The notes below the pieces were generated by a model, which had not been told where the DNA came from, did not search any database, and saw only the letters and a program-made list of their open reading frames with translations. Of a DNA stretch of 63,576 nt, positions 50,904 to 60,521 are shown in pieces. The first letter of the stretch is position 1. Each line of letters opens with the position of its first letter. Origin of the DNA: Promethearchaeia archaeon (GTDB lineage: Archaea > Asgardarchaeota > Lokiarchaeia > Sigyniarchaeales > SOKP01); NCBI GenBank assembly GCA_029856105.1, contig JAHQWH010000006.1:1-63576 (forward strand), given 5' to 3'. The position numbers were made by a program, and so were the translations under genes.

Positions 50904-51209
50904 TTAAATTAGCTCAATTTCGACTAAAACTGTTTCAGGAATCTGGATCTTCATAATAAGATGCATCGAGCGCTCGTTCGCAATTATTTCAAAAAGGCGT
51001 TTGTGGATTCTCATTTCAAACTTCGCCCAAGTCGCAGTTCCTTGACCAGAAGGTGCTTTTAATACGGGTACGCGTAATCTCTTTGTAGGTAAGGGGATAG
51101 GTCCAAGTTTTCTAATGCCTTGATTTTTACATACGCTTTCTATTTGTTCGCATACGGCTTTTAGCGCTGGAAGCTTTGTCGATGAAAGCCTAATTCTTGC
51201 TCGCTGCAT
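50904..51209 (-). CDS. rpsJ: 30S ribosomal protein uS10
   Basis: ARIRLSS, GPIPLPTKRL, FEMRIHKRL, VEIEL. Confidence 0.95.
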   Translation of the reverse strand: MQRARIRLSSTKLPALKAVCEQIESVCKNQGIRKLGPIPLPTKRLRVPVLKAPSGQGTATWAKFEMRIHKRLFEIIANERSMHLIMKIQIPETVLVEIELI

Positions 51210-51330
51210 TTTTTAAACAATTTTTAATTGAAGTAGTTAGAATTAGAAATTATTAAAATTAAATAAATTTTATCATTCATACCTTAAAACAAGAAACTTA
51301 ACTTTTATTGAGAAATAAAGTATCGCCAAA

Positions 51331-52431
51331 TTAATTATTTTTACTTTCTTTTTGTTCTATTTTATTTAGTATTATTAAACTTAGGATGCTTAATTGAGTT
51401 TTTAAAGAGGCTTTTCTCCCCCATTTTTTATGAACACCTTTGAGTAATAGCGTTATCAAAATTGTAGTTCCTACGAAGGCTATCCAAATAGTCAAAGCGT
51501 TTAATTGACGAAAAAATATAAAATACAATGGATCATGCGCCAAATAAATAGTGAAAGAGTAAAAAGAATAGTAAAAGAAAAATCTATAACTTTTTTTTGT
51601 TTTAATAATTTCAAATTCTTCAATATATAGAAGTATTGAAAGCAATATTAGAAAAAAACCAATAGAAAACACTAGCGAAGAAAAGGTTCTACGATAAATA
51701 ATATCAGGAAAACGAAAAATGAAAGCAAATGTCACTGAAATTATCCCAATTAACAATAGAGGCGTTATAAACACATGTTTTATCGCATGTTCCCTTTCCC
51801 TTTGATCGTTAATTTTATTAACATCAGTAAATGAATCTCCCACTACAGTTCCAAGGAGAAATATAGAAAAATAAGACAAGATTGTAAATTGTTCTATAGG
51901 ATGGAATAAAATATAGAATAATAGCCCATAAATATTAGTTTGTCCATCATAGGTTAGCAATAAGGGTGAAATATATTGATTGCCAACTAGTAATACAATT
52001 CCAACTAAAATCCTAAATATTTTTGAAGTATTTAAGAAGAAATACCCCAATAAGAGCGAAACCGCGATTGTTTGTAAAACATTCCACGCCCAAATCCATG
52101 TAAGATCGTTAATTCCAAAAGCTATTACTATATTATAAAGCAAAGCTACGATTAATAATAACAAGGCTCTAATAAGGTATATATTTTTAACTCTGCGTAT
52201 AGTAAGTCCATTTGGGTCGTCTATATTTGTAACTTTTCTTTTATAAGATAAAATAGCACTGAATCCTGAAATAAACATAAATCCAGAAGCAGCTATAGGC
52301 GCTAAAAATGCAAACAATATATTGATTAACCATCTATCCTCGATTCTAATCCACCAATCAATTAGATGACCAAGGATCATGAGAAGTATACATAATCCGC
52401 GAATTATATCAACACTCTTAATTCTTTTCAT
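51331..52431 (-). CDS. HGSNAT/DUF1624-like membrane acyltransferase
   Basis: RIKSVDIIRG...MILGH, FMFISG, WNVLQ, SFTIYLAH; about 10 TMs. Confidence 0.8.
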   Translation of the reverse strand: MKRIKSVDIIRGLCILLMILGHLIDWWIRIEDRWLINILFAFLAPIAASGFMFISGFSAILSYKRKVTNIDDPNGLTIRRVKNIYLIRALLLLIVALLYNIVIAFGINDLTWIWAWNVLQTIAVSLLLGYFFLNTSKIFRILVGIVLLVGNQYISPLLLTYDGQTNIYGLLFYILFHPIEQFTILSYFSIFLLGTVVGDSFTDVNKINDQREREHAIKHVFITPLLLIGIISVTFAFIFRFPDIIYRRTFSSLVFSIGFFLILLSILLYIEEFEIIKTKKSYRFFFYYSFYSFTIYLAHDPLYFIFFRQLNALTIWIAFVGTTILITLLLKGVHKKWGRKASLKTQLSILSLIILNKIEQKESKNN

Positions 52432-52577
52432 TCTTTAGCAACTTTTTTTTAAAATTAATAATAAGGTTTTCCTTCTTTTCCTATTTAATAGTTATTACTA
52501 AAAAAAGTTAATGACAGTTTCACAAGATCGTTAGAAAATATGTATTTTTTCAAACCAATAAACACTTTTAGAGAAAT

Positions 52578-53675
52578 TTAAGAAAACCCTAAAAGAAATT
52601 TATTCCCCAAATGCACATTTTTAAGATATTTTTTAGCTATTTCTAAGCATTTTGTTGCCTGTTTTTTTGGAGTTATTGGTAAATCCTTCATTTTGTAATC
52701 ACCATGAAACACTAAAAGGCTATAGGGAATCTCAGGATTTATCTCACTAATAAATCTCGCAATTAGCTCCACTTCTTTGTGATTCGTATAGCCAGGAACC
52801 ATTAAAGTACATGCACTCATTTCTGGCATGTATTTTCCCCGTGTATTAAAAAAAATTTCCGCAAGGTATTTGAAATTTTCAAGGGTTTTACTATTACTGA
52901 CACCGCATAAAGCTATATTAAGTTTTTCATTGAAAGTTTTTAAGTCGAACTTAATATTACCACCTGTTTTTATTGCGAGTCTCATGCATTTTTCTACTAA
53001 ATCTTGTCTTCCACTTCCATTAAATTCCCAACATATCCTGAATTTTCTCTTTTTATCTTGTTTTTCAATTTTTTCTATAATTAGTCCTGCTAAATTAATA
53101 GAAAATGGTAGTTGGACTTCTGGAGTACCGCCGAAATAACATAAACATGTGATTTTCTTATTTTTTACTATTTGTTTTGCTAAAAATTCAGCGTCGAATA
53201 GATGCTTCTTTGAAAAAAGCTTATGAGACGAGTTTTGACAGCTTAAACAGTTATACGAACATCCATAAAGAAACGCGGCGTACGAGTATGTATCATATTC
53301 CGCGTTACAAAACCATGCATTACAGCAATTAGTTGGTATTCGATCAAGGTACCCGTGAATATAACCTCTTGATCTAGAAGGTAAAGGCAACTCCCCACTT
53401 TGACTTTTCGGTATATTTCGCAACCCACAATAGCTTAAATCATTTTTAGAAAGAACACATTCGTTAATGCAAAGGTTACATCTTAATTTAGCATCCATAT
53501 CATCTGCTTTTGGAGGTTTGGATGGCAAATCTACTAAATTTCTAACTTGTTTATGAACGGCTAAAATATGAGGTTCAACGACTTCCCAATTTTCGTTTAG
53601 AATGCAATCTCGACATAATTGAAGCACATCAGAGATAAACTTGCCTGTTTTTCCACAAAATATGCAAGTTCCTAT
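52578..53675 (-). CDS. radical SAM protein (PFL-activase-like, COG1180-type) with N-terminal Cys cluster
   Basis: GCSYNCLSCQN, CYFGGTP, KFDLK. Frame extends upstream to ATA-GGA-ACT-TGC (xGTCIFCG...LCRDC) behind a GGTGAG RBS. Confidence 0.88.
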   Translation of the reverse strand: MGTCIFCGKTGKFISDVLQLCRDCILNENWEVVEPHILAVHKQVRNLVDLPSKPPKADDMDAKLRCNLCINECVLSKNDLSYCGLRNIPKSQSGELPLPSRSRGYIHGYLDRIPTNCCNAWFCNAEYDTYSYAAFLYGCSYNCLSCQNSSHKLFSKKHLFDAEFLAKQIVKNKKITCLCYFGGTPEVQLPFSINLAGLIIEKIEKQDKKRKFRICWEFNGSGRQDLVEKCMRLAIKTGGNIKFDLKTFNEKLNIALCGVSNSKTLENFKYLAEIFFNTRGKYMPEMSACTLMVPGYTNHKEVELIARFISEINPEIPYSLLVFHGDYKMKDLPITPKKQATKCLEIAKKYLKNVHLGNKFLLGFS

Positions 53676-53681
53676 ATCTTC

Positions 53682-54341
53682 TCACCGCTTTTTTAATAAT
53701 AAGTAAGTCTGACCCGCTTTTTGAGCAGGATTCTTTTTAATCATAAATCCATCAAAACCGTTATTATTAAAGGAAGATATAAATAAATCTAATTCTTTTT
53801 CGTCTTTTGGGTAAAATTCGATTATTATTCTTCCTTTTGGTTTCAATATTTTTCTCAAATATATCGCTGTATTATTAACAGTTTTAAATTTGTCTCGAAT
53901 TGTTTCTGTTCCATAAATTATAAAATTGTAAGCAGAAATTGAAATAATATGATTAATTGAAGCCTTTCTTAAAGGTAAATAATTAATATCAGCTAATATG
54001 AGCTCTAGATTTTTTTTATTTTCTGATTTTTTTTTTTTTTTAGTTTTTGCTTTCGAGACCATATCGATTAGAATATCGATACCAATAACTCGATGGCCAC
54101 TATCCACTAATATTTCCGAAGAAAAGCCTGAGCCACAACCTAAATCCACAATAATGTAATGATTGCCTTCTAAAACGTCGTAGTTACCGAGATTATCCAA
54201 TTTATCATCGCGTAAGTATTGTAAACATAATAAAGTCGTCTTTTTTTGATTTCTTTCCATCCATGTTGAATTATCATATTCTACTGATTTATCACCGATG
54301 TAGGAATCTGGAAATTTAGGCGTACCTTCGCGATTTGACAT
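53682..54341 (-). CDS. class I SAM methyltransferase resembling eukaryotic Bud23/WBSCR22
   Basis: P..Y....Y..S...Q...T...L, DLGCGSGFSSEIL..GH, ISISA, EFYPKD, GF.G, P..K...YLLL are colinear with Bud23 as recalled. Confidence 0.8.
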   Translation of the reverse strand: MSNREGTPKFPDSYIGDKSVEYDNSTWMERNQKKTTLLCLQYLRDDKLDNLGNYDVLEGNHYIIVDLGCGSGFSSEILVDSGHRVIGIDILIDMVSKAKTKKKKKSENKKNLELILADINYLPLRKASINHIISISAYNFIIYGTETIRDKFKTVNNTAIYLRKILKPKGRIIIEFYPKDEKELDLFISSFNNNGFDGFMIKKNPAQKAGQTYLLLKKR

Positions 54342-54482
54342 AAATTTTCTAAATTAGAAAATGCTAAAAAGTATACATATAAATTATTAAATAAGTAGAT
54401 AAAATATATATGTAGTCATAAGAATAAGTTATATGCCAAATTAAAAAAAAAACATTTATATTAAAAGGAATCGAGTTTTAAC

Positions 54483-54863
54483 ATGTCAGAAAAAAATACT
54501 ATCCTAATTTGTGACGATGAGCCAGATATCGTCAATCTTACTGAAAGATTTTTACAACTTGATAGTTTTAAGACGCTTACTTGTAGCAATGGGAAAGAAT
54601 GTTTAAAGGGTCTTGAAGAAAAACACGAGGAGATCGTCCTAATACTCCTTGATCTAATGATGCCAGGGCTATCAGGATTTGAAGTGCTCCGAAACATAAG
54701 ATCGAAGGAAGACTATAAGGATATTCGAGTTGTCCTTTTCACAGTTAAGAGTTTTAAAGAAGATATTGAAAAAGGTAAAGATTTGGGCGCAGATGGATAC
54801 ATTACCAAACCTTTTTCGGGTAATGAACTGCGTGATTACATAAAAAAAGTTTTAAATAGGTAA
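54483..54863 (+). CDS. stand-alone response regulator receiver (CheY-like), copy 1
   Basis: ICDDE, LLDLMMP, FT, GADGYITKPF. Confidence 0.93.
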   Translation: MSEKNTILICDDEPDIVNLTERFLQLDSFKTLTCSNGKECLKGLEEKHEEIVLILLDLMMPGLSGFEVLRNIRSKEDYKDIRVVLFTVKSFKEDIEKGKDLGADGYITKPFSGNELRDYIKKVLNR

Positions 54864-55086
54864 ATTGTGTAACTAAAACTATTATATTCTGATTTAAGTT
54901 TGTAAATTACTTATTTCAAAAGCTCTAATCAACTTAAAATCAAATGATTTTTAAATAACTATTTATAAGTTAATTTTCTTGATATTATCGAGAAATTAGC
55001 TAAAATTATATATGTTTTATATATGACCAAATAAACCATTTATATGTTAGAATTAAAAATTATATTAAGATAAATCGGGGTTCTAA

Positions 55087-55485
55087 ATGTCAGTAGCTAG
55101 AAAGATTCTCATAGTCGACGACGAAGAAGACATCGTCAATTTAACCGAAAAGTTCTTGCAACTTGAGAATTACGAAACTCTTACTTGTAGTAGTGGAAGT
55201 GAAGCGCTACAGATCGTGGAAGAAAAACACGAGGATATCGCACTAGTACTTTTAGATATTATGATGCCAAATCTTAACGGGTACGAGGTACTTAAATCCA
55301 TAAAATCCAACGAAAAATTTAATCATATTCTTGTAGTTCTTTTTACTGTGAAAAATTTTTTTAAAGATATTAAAAAAGGTAAAGAACTCGGTGCGGATGG
55401 ATATTTAGTTAAAGCAATTTCCGGAAACGAAATTGTAAACTATATAGAAAATTTACTTAAAAAGAAAAAAAAAGAAACTAATTAG
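55087..55485 (+). CDS. stand-alone response regulator receiver (CheY-like), copy 2
   Basis: IVDDE, LLDIMMP, FT, GADGYLVK. Confidence 0.93.
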   Translation: MSVARKILIVDDEEDIVNLTEKFLQLENYETLTCSSGSEALQIVEEKHEDIALVLLDIMMPNLNGYEVLKSIKSNEKFNHILVVLFTVKNFFKDIKKGKELGADGYLVKAISGNEIVNYIENLLKKKKKETN

Positions 55486-55606
55486 TTACTTCTTAATTGT
55501 TTTTAAATTATTCTCGAAAAATCGATGCTTATTCCATAAATAAGATTAAAATTGATGAATAATTTTCTTAAGTATTAAAAATCTTTAATTAGAGTTAGGC
55601 TAAATT

Positions 55607-56590
55607 ATGGTTGATACATATACAGTCACATTGGGAATTATTTTAGTGTTAATCGCAACTCCTATGTTTAATTTAGGGATTGTCTTCCAGAAAATGGGTT
55701 TACGAGCAGGTCCAGAAATTGCTTTCGATAAAGGATTTGTAGGCGTACTAAAAGCATTTAAAGAAATTGCAAAAAACAAGTGGTGGCTTTTAGGCGCTAT
55801 TTTGGGTGTTGTTGCTTGGTTTCCGTACATAATGTCAATAGGATTAGTTGGATTTATGGTAGCAGAGCCAATTAATAGTATTGGTATTATCATTGTAGTT
55901 ATTGCCGCAAACCGTATCTTAGGCGAGACTGTAGCTTGGTATGAGTTTCTCGCAATAACCGTATTAGCACTTTCCCCTATATTAATTGCTTTGGCAGGTA
56001 TTTCAGAAGTCGCTATTAATTTATACGAAATGGTCATCCCATTAACAATTTTTTTGATAATAACATTATCTATTACCATTGGTTGCTTTATATATTCTCA
56101 AAAGAAAAGAGGAACAAAATTAGAGGGATTTTTTGTTATGTTAACCGGTTCTTTTTTTTTAGCGCTTGGAGGCGTCTTCACGAACATCCTAGCGCAAGCA
56201 ATAGGGCAAGCAAACGTACAATTAACTTGGTATTTTGGGATAGAAATATTTTTTGGGGTATTCTGGTTTGATTACCCTCATTTGTGGGTTTTTATAGGAT
56301 GGTGGGGTTTAGCGATTTGTAATTTAGCTAGTTTCGCGTTTTACCAAAGTGCTTTCCAAAAAAGTAGAATGGCTGTAGTATTTCCGATATTAGATTCAAT
56401 TGGTTTATCAATACCTATAATTGCTGGAACTCTAGTTTTTAGACAAACATTCAATAATTATTTTCTGTTTTTCCTAGCAATCGCTTTAATATTCATTGGA
56501 ACATCAACGCTCGGAAGATTTCAAGCAGAAATTGAGACGATAGATGTCAAGAAATCCTCTACCTCTATTAAAAAAGATGAGAAAATTTAA
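55607..56590 (+). CDS. DMT-superfamily (NIPA-like) membrane transporter
   Basis: NLGIVFQK, WWLLG, ILGE, FYQSAFQ; about 9-10 TMs. Confidence 0.7.
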   Translation: MVDTYTVTLGIILVLIATPMFNLGIVFQKMGLRAGPEIAFDKGFVGVLKAFKEIAKNKWWLLGAILGVVAWFPYIMSIGLVGFMVAEPINSIGIIIVVIAANRILGETVAWYEFLAITVLALSPILIALAGISEVAINLYEMVIPLTIFLIITLSITIGCFIYSQKKRGTKLEGFFVMLTGSFFLALGGVFTNILAQAIGQANVQLTWYFGIEIFFGVFWFDYPHLWVFIGWWGLAICNLASFAFYQSAFQKSRMAVVFPILDSIGLSIPIIAGTLVFRQTFNNYFLFFLAIALIFIGTSTLGRFQAEIETIDVKKSSTSIKKDEKI

Positions 56591-57786
56591 AGAAGTAACC
56601 ATAGAAGTGGGACGGTTACGATTAAAGCAAAGCATAATGATTTTCTAACCATATGAGCAACATGAACGCACGGTTTTCTTCCTTTTTTATCTAATAGTTT
56701 TGGAAATAAAGTATGGTTGTGTGGTTCTCGTTGGTACCAATAAGCCGTTGACGACCAATCGTCTTTACGGCGGTTATCGTGCCCGTGCTCGATTGTGACC
56801 ACTATTTTCTTATTGAAATAGATAGGGTCTTCAATATGATATCTATAATAGGAAATTTTGCCCCACCAGTTTAACCCCCCAGTTACAATTGTGCCGTGAT
56901 AAGGGGCAGAGTATTTCTGGCGTTGCGCCCAGGCTTGGTTCACGTAATCTTCTGTACCCGTTCCGTGTAAAGTGGGTTCGCCTTTTTCAACATCTTCGTC
57001 GATATATATCATGTCATCTCCTTCGCCAGGCCAATTAATATACCAAGGCATAAATGTAATGTTATCAATATCTAAATGGCACCCAACAAAGTGACCTTTT
57101 CCTCTTGCTTCAAGGACTTTGTAATTTTCCATCAGAGGATTATCGACATTACGACCTTTATAACAGAATTTCTTTGGTTTCACCTTAAAGAATTTTTTTC
57201 CAGTTTTACTGTCTTTCTTTTTTGGAGTTGTAGGATTTTCGCGGTGCCAGAGAGCGTGGAATCTTCCATAGTCCCTTTCGTTATCAAATCCATCCTCGTA
57301 GATTTCGTAGTCAATGTAGTAAAAAAATTTCATAGGTTTAGAAGCATCGTTTTCTATAGTTATTTTGAAACCTTTTGAAAATGGCATTGGCCACCAACAA
57401 TTGAATCCTTTTCCCGATTGTGGACTCATCTGGAGTGGCAATGAAACAAAATTTTTGTGTTTGGCGTGACCTAAGCCGAAGAAATCCCCAATTGGAACCT
57501 CTACGCTAGGTTTATCGTCTTGTTCACCGTCCCAATACAATCTAATTATTATGTTTCTTAAATAATAACGGTCTTTACATTTTATTGTACACCATAAATG
57601 AGTTATACACCCAGTACAATCTTCTTTTCCAATTGTTACCTTTTCTCCAGGTTGAACATCTATCCAATCTTTATTTCCCCCCGTCTTGTCGTAACTTGAA
57701 ATTCGCTTCCTCTTTACCGTGTCAGGGTGGATTTTTGCAATACCACGTAAAGTAGATTCTCCTAATCGCATAGTGCTTGTTATCAC
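56587..57786 (-). CDS. DUF2961 / glycoside hydrolase family 172 protein
   Basis: SSYDKTGGNKD, PSVEVPIGDFFG, NCWWPMPF, GEGDD, GTGTEDY, YRYHIEDPI, IEHGH, SSTAYWYQ. Confidence 0.9.
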   Translation of the reverse strand: MITSTMRLGESTLRGIAKIHPDTVKRKRISSYDKTGGNKDWIDVQPGEKVTIGKEDCTGCITHLWCTIKCKDRYYLRNIIIRLYWDGEQDDKPSVEVPIGDFFGLGHAKHKNFVSLPLQMSPQSGKGFNCWWPMPFSKGFKITIENDASKPMKFFYYIDYEIYEDGFDNERDYGRFHALWHRENPTTPKKKDSKTGKKFFKVKPKKFCYKGRNVDNPLMENYKVLEARGKGHFVGCHLDIDNITFMPWYINWPGEGDDMIYIDEDVEKGEPTLHGTGTEDYVNQAWAQRQKYSAPYHGTIVTGGLNWWGKISYYRYHIEDPIYFNKKIVVTIEHGHDNRRKDDWSSTAYWYQREPHNHTLFPKLLDKKGRKPCVHVAHMVRKSLCFALIVTVPLLWLLL

Positions 57787-57940
57787 TTGTTAATTTTTTA
57801 ATGTTTTTATGTTTTTAATTCCAAATTTACTAATAATAATAGAAATTTATTAATTATCAAAAAAATTCTTAAATACTATTAAAATCTAACTCTACAAAAA
57901 CATTTAAAACTTTTTGAATATATAGGAAGTGTGAATTAAA

Positions 57941-58612
57941 TTGGTATTCGAAGCGTCAGACGATAAAATCTCTTTTATGAAACAATATTTCTCGGTTATT
58001 TTCTTAGTTGCTAACATTCTAGTTTTCGTATGGCAAATGATGGATCCTACGGGACAGATACACATTGAATATGCTTTTGTTCCTGCTGAATTTTTCGCTG
58101 GAGAAAAACTATGGACGATATTTACCTCAATGTTTATGCACGGAGATATTATGCATATAATTATGAATATGTGGTTTTTCATTGTAATAACAGATAATTG
58201 CGAACACGCAATGGGGCATATCTTCTATGTAATAACCTATATCGTATCTGGACTCGCCGGTTCACTTCTACATGCTTATAGCACAATAATGATCCCCATT
58301 TGGGGTCCGATGTTATCCAATATTCCCTCATTAGGTGCTTCTGGAGCAATATTCGGGCTTATGGCTGTTTATATGATACTATATCCTAGAAATAAATTTT
58401 TACTTCCCACACAATTAGGATCGATGAGAACTGTCTCTGCGGGATACTTTATATTAACTTATTTTATTGCCGAATTGACTTACGCCTTTTTTGCGTTTGA
58501 ATTGTCAGGAACAGCACATTTCGCGCATGTTGGAGGTTTCGTTGCTGGTGCCGTTTTAGCAGGGATGTTTAAAGCCGTTAGAGGATCGTCATATAAGAAG
58601 AAGGAAAAATAA
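57941..58612 (+). CDS. rhomboid intramembrane serine protease
   Basis: TSMFMHG...H...NM, GASGA, AHFAHVGG. Confidence 0.93.
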   Translation: MVFEASDDKISFMKQYFSVIFLVANILVFVWQMMDPTGQIHIEYAFVPAEFFAGEKLWTIFTSMFMHGDIMHIIMNMWFFIVITDNCEHAMGHIFYVITYIVSGLAGSLLHAYSTIMIPIWGPMLSNIPSLGASGAIFGLMAVYMILYPRNKFLLPTQLGSMRTVSAGYFILTYFIAELTYAFFAFELSGTAHFAHVGGFVAGAVLAGMFKAVRGSSYKKKEK

Positions 58613-58748
58613 TCGTAACCCAAAATTATTTAATAATTTTTTTATTTTCTTATTTCTTTTTTTAATAAAAAGTATGAAAATTTTTTCAATGATGAATTAT
58701 TAACGAATTTAAATTATATAATTATTTTAATAAGATTGAGTAAGTAAA

Positions 58749-60113
58749 ATGCCTACTAATATCGTTGTAATTGGCATGGGATACGTCGGTATTCCCATGG
58801 CCGCTCTGTTAGCTGATGTAGACGATTTCTATGTTACGGGTATTCAACGAAGGTCTCAAAGATCAAGTTGGAAAATTGATTGGCTTAATAATTGTAAAAA
58901 CCCCTTTGAAGGAGATGAGCCAGGATTAGATGAGTTAATTGAAAGGGTAGTAAAAAATGGAAAATTTAAAGTTACTGACAAATATGACGATGCTAAAAAT
59001 GCGGATTATATTTTAATCGATGTACAAACTCCTGTAGATGACCAAAGGACCCCAAGGTATGCATCTTTAAAGGAAGTTTCTCAAAAGATTTCAAAACACA
59101 TGAAAAAGGGTGTTACAGTCATACTAGAATCTACAGTCGCACCTGGAACGACAGATAACGTTGTACAAACTATTTTAGAAGAAGGAAGTGATTTAAAACG
59201 GGGTAAGGATTTCTACCTTGTTTTTTCGTTTGAGCGCGTAATGCCCGGTAAGTTATTAGATTATATCATAAATTTTCCTAGGGTAATTGGTGGAGGTTGT
59301 AAAGAGGCCAACGATAAAGCTATGTATTTATACGGGAAGGTTGTTAAAAAAGAACTTCAGATAACAGACACCCTTACGGCAGAGTTAACTAAATGTATAG
59401 AGAACGCATACCGAGACGTAAATATTGCATTTGCAAACGAGATGGCGTTATTAAGCGAAGATTTTAATCGAAATATATACGAAATTATAGAATTAATAAA
59501 TCAACGCCACGACAGAATGATGCATTACCCCGGTTCAGGCGTAGGAGGCCATTGTCTTACAAAAGATCCCTGGCTTCTATTGTACGGATTTAATAAATAT
59601 ACCGAAAGAAATAACGAATCCAAAATGAAGATAATTCCTGACTCAAGAAGTTTGAACGATTATATGCCGTATCATATGATCGAGTTAATGGAAAATGTAT
59701 TCAGAGACTCCCATAGGTTAGTAGACAATATTAAGATAGTTCTTTTAGGAGTCTCGTATAAAGCAGATACCGACGACACGCGAAATACTCCAACAGAAAA
59801 TATCATTAGAGCTCTAAAAAGTAGATATCATTCTCATAATATCATTTACATTGCTCACGACCCCTATGTAAAGTCGCGCGATTATAATCTTACTGAATTA
59901 ACCAAAGATTTCAACAAAGCAGTAACCGATGCTGATGTTTTGCTTTTCACTACAAATCACAAAGAATATTACAACATCGATCTTGCTGATTTAAAGAAGA
60001 AAGTAAGAACGCCGATTATTATAGATGGAAGGAACATATTTGACAAGAAATTGGTTGAAGAAAAAGGTTTTGTTTACAGAAAGATTGGAGAAGGGTCAAA
60101 AAAACCCTATTAA
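58749..60113 (+). CDS. nucleotide-sugar (UDP-GlcNAc/ManNAc-type) dehydrogenase
   Basis: GMGYVG, ESTVAPGTT, ERVMPG, ENAYRDVNIAFANE, GVGGHCL.KDP, DDTRNTP, DGRN. Confidence 0.93.
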   Translation: MPTNIVVIGMGYVGIPMAALLADVDDFYVTGIQRRSQRSSWKIDWLNNCKNPFEGDEPGLDELIERVVKNGKFKVTDKYDDAKNADYILIDVQTPVDDQRTPRYASLKEVSQKISKHMKKGVTVILESTVAPGTTDNVVQTILEEGSDLKRGKDFYLVFSFERVMPGKLLDYIINFPRVIGGGCKEANDKAMYLYGKVVKKELQITDTLTAELTKCIENAYRDVNIAFANEMALLSEDFNRNIYEIIELINQRHDRMMHYPGSGVGGHCLTKDPWLLLYGFNKYTERNNESKMKIIPDSRSLNDYMPYHMIELMENVFRDSHRLVDNIKIVLLGVSYKADTDDTRNTPTENIIRALKSRYHSHNIIYIAHDPYVKSRDYNLTELTKDFNKAVTDADVLLFTTNHKEYYNIDLADLKKKVRTPIIIDGRNIFDKKLVEEKGFVYRKIGEGSKKPY

Positions 60114-60159
60114 TGTTTTTCTCTTTTTGTTTTTCAAATAAAAAAGTAATAAGAAATTC

Positions 60160-60226
60160 GATCTCCAGTTCTGGCATAGAACTTATTGATTAAATCCTAT
60201 CGTTTAACGACTTAATCTTAGAGATC
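60160..60226 (-). promoter_or_regulatory. structured 3' RNA element, copy 1 (candidate SECIS-like)
   Basis: P1 GATCTC/GAGATC; P2 GATTAAGTC/GATTTAATC with loop GTTAAACGATAG; P3 GTTCT/AGAAC. Confidence 0.65.
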
Positions 60227-60367
60227 TTTATTATTCGTGTTTTTATCCATTTTTTCTTTAGCTGTTTGCGTTTTTAAAGCTCTTAAGTACCACATAGTAA
60301 GTAAAGATCAACTAGTTTGGTAGCAATTGTCATCAAATCCAAAATCAAATTCTTCTTCTTCCGACAT
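60218..60367 (-). CDS. micro-ORF with in-frame TGA at codon 20 (putative 49-aa selenoprotein; 19 aa if TGA is a stop)
   Basis: MSEEEEFDFGFDDNCYQTS-(TGA 60308-60310)-SLLTMWYLRALKTQTAKEKMDKNTNNKDL*; AGTGAG RBS and TTTTATAAA box upstream. Confidence 0.55.
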
Positions 60368-60521
60368 ATATTTTTCTCACTATTAAATTATTAAATTTAT
60401 TGTTAGGTTTATAAAAATCAAGAGTATTAAGGGTGTGGTTTATAAAAAATAAATTTACCACGCAATTATGTAATTTTTTATAATAATAAAAAGATCGGTA
60501 TTATGTAAAAATGTAAGAGTT

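Noticed and set aside
53670-53690. Methyltransferase and radical SAM ORFs are in frame across a TGA (possible Sec fusion)
   Set aside because: The TGA sits inside a GGTGAG RBS at the natural end of the methyltransferase; an ATA start is simpler.
54027-54042. Long poly-T run inside the methyltransferase (possible phase variation or frameshift)
   Set aside because: The frame is intact (poly-Lys loop), and homopolymers are common in this AT-rich DNA.
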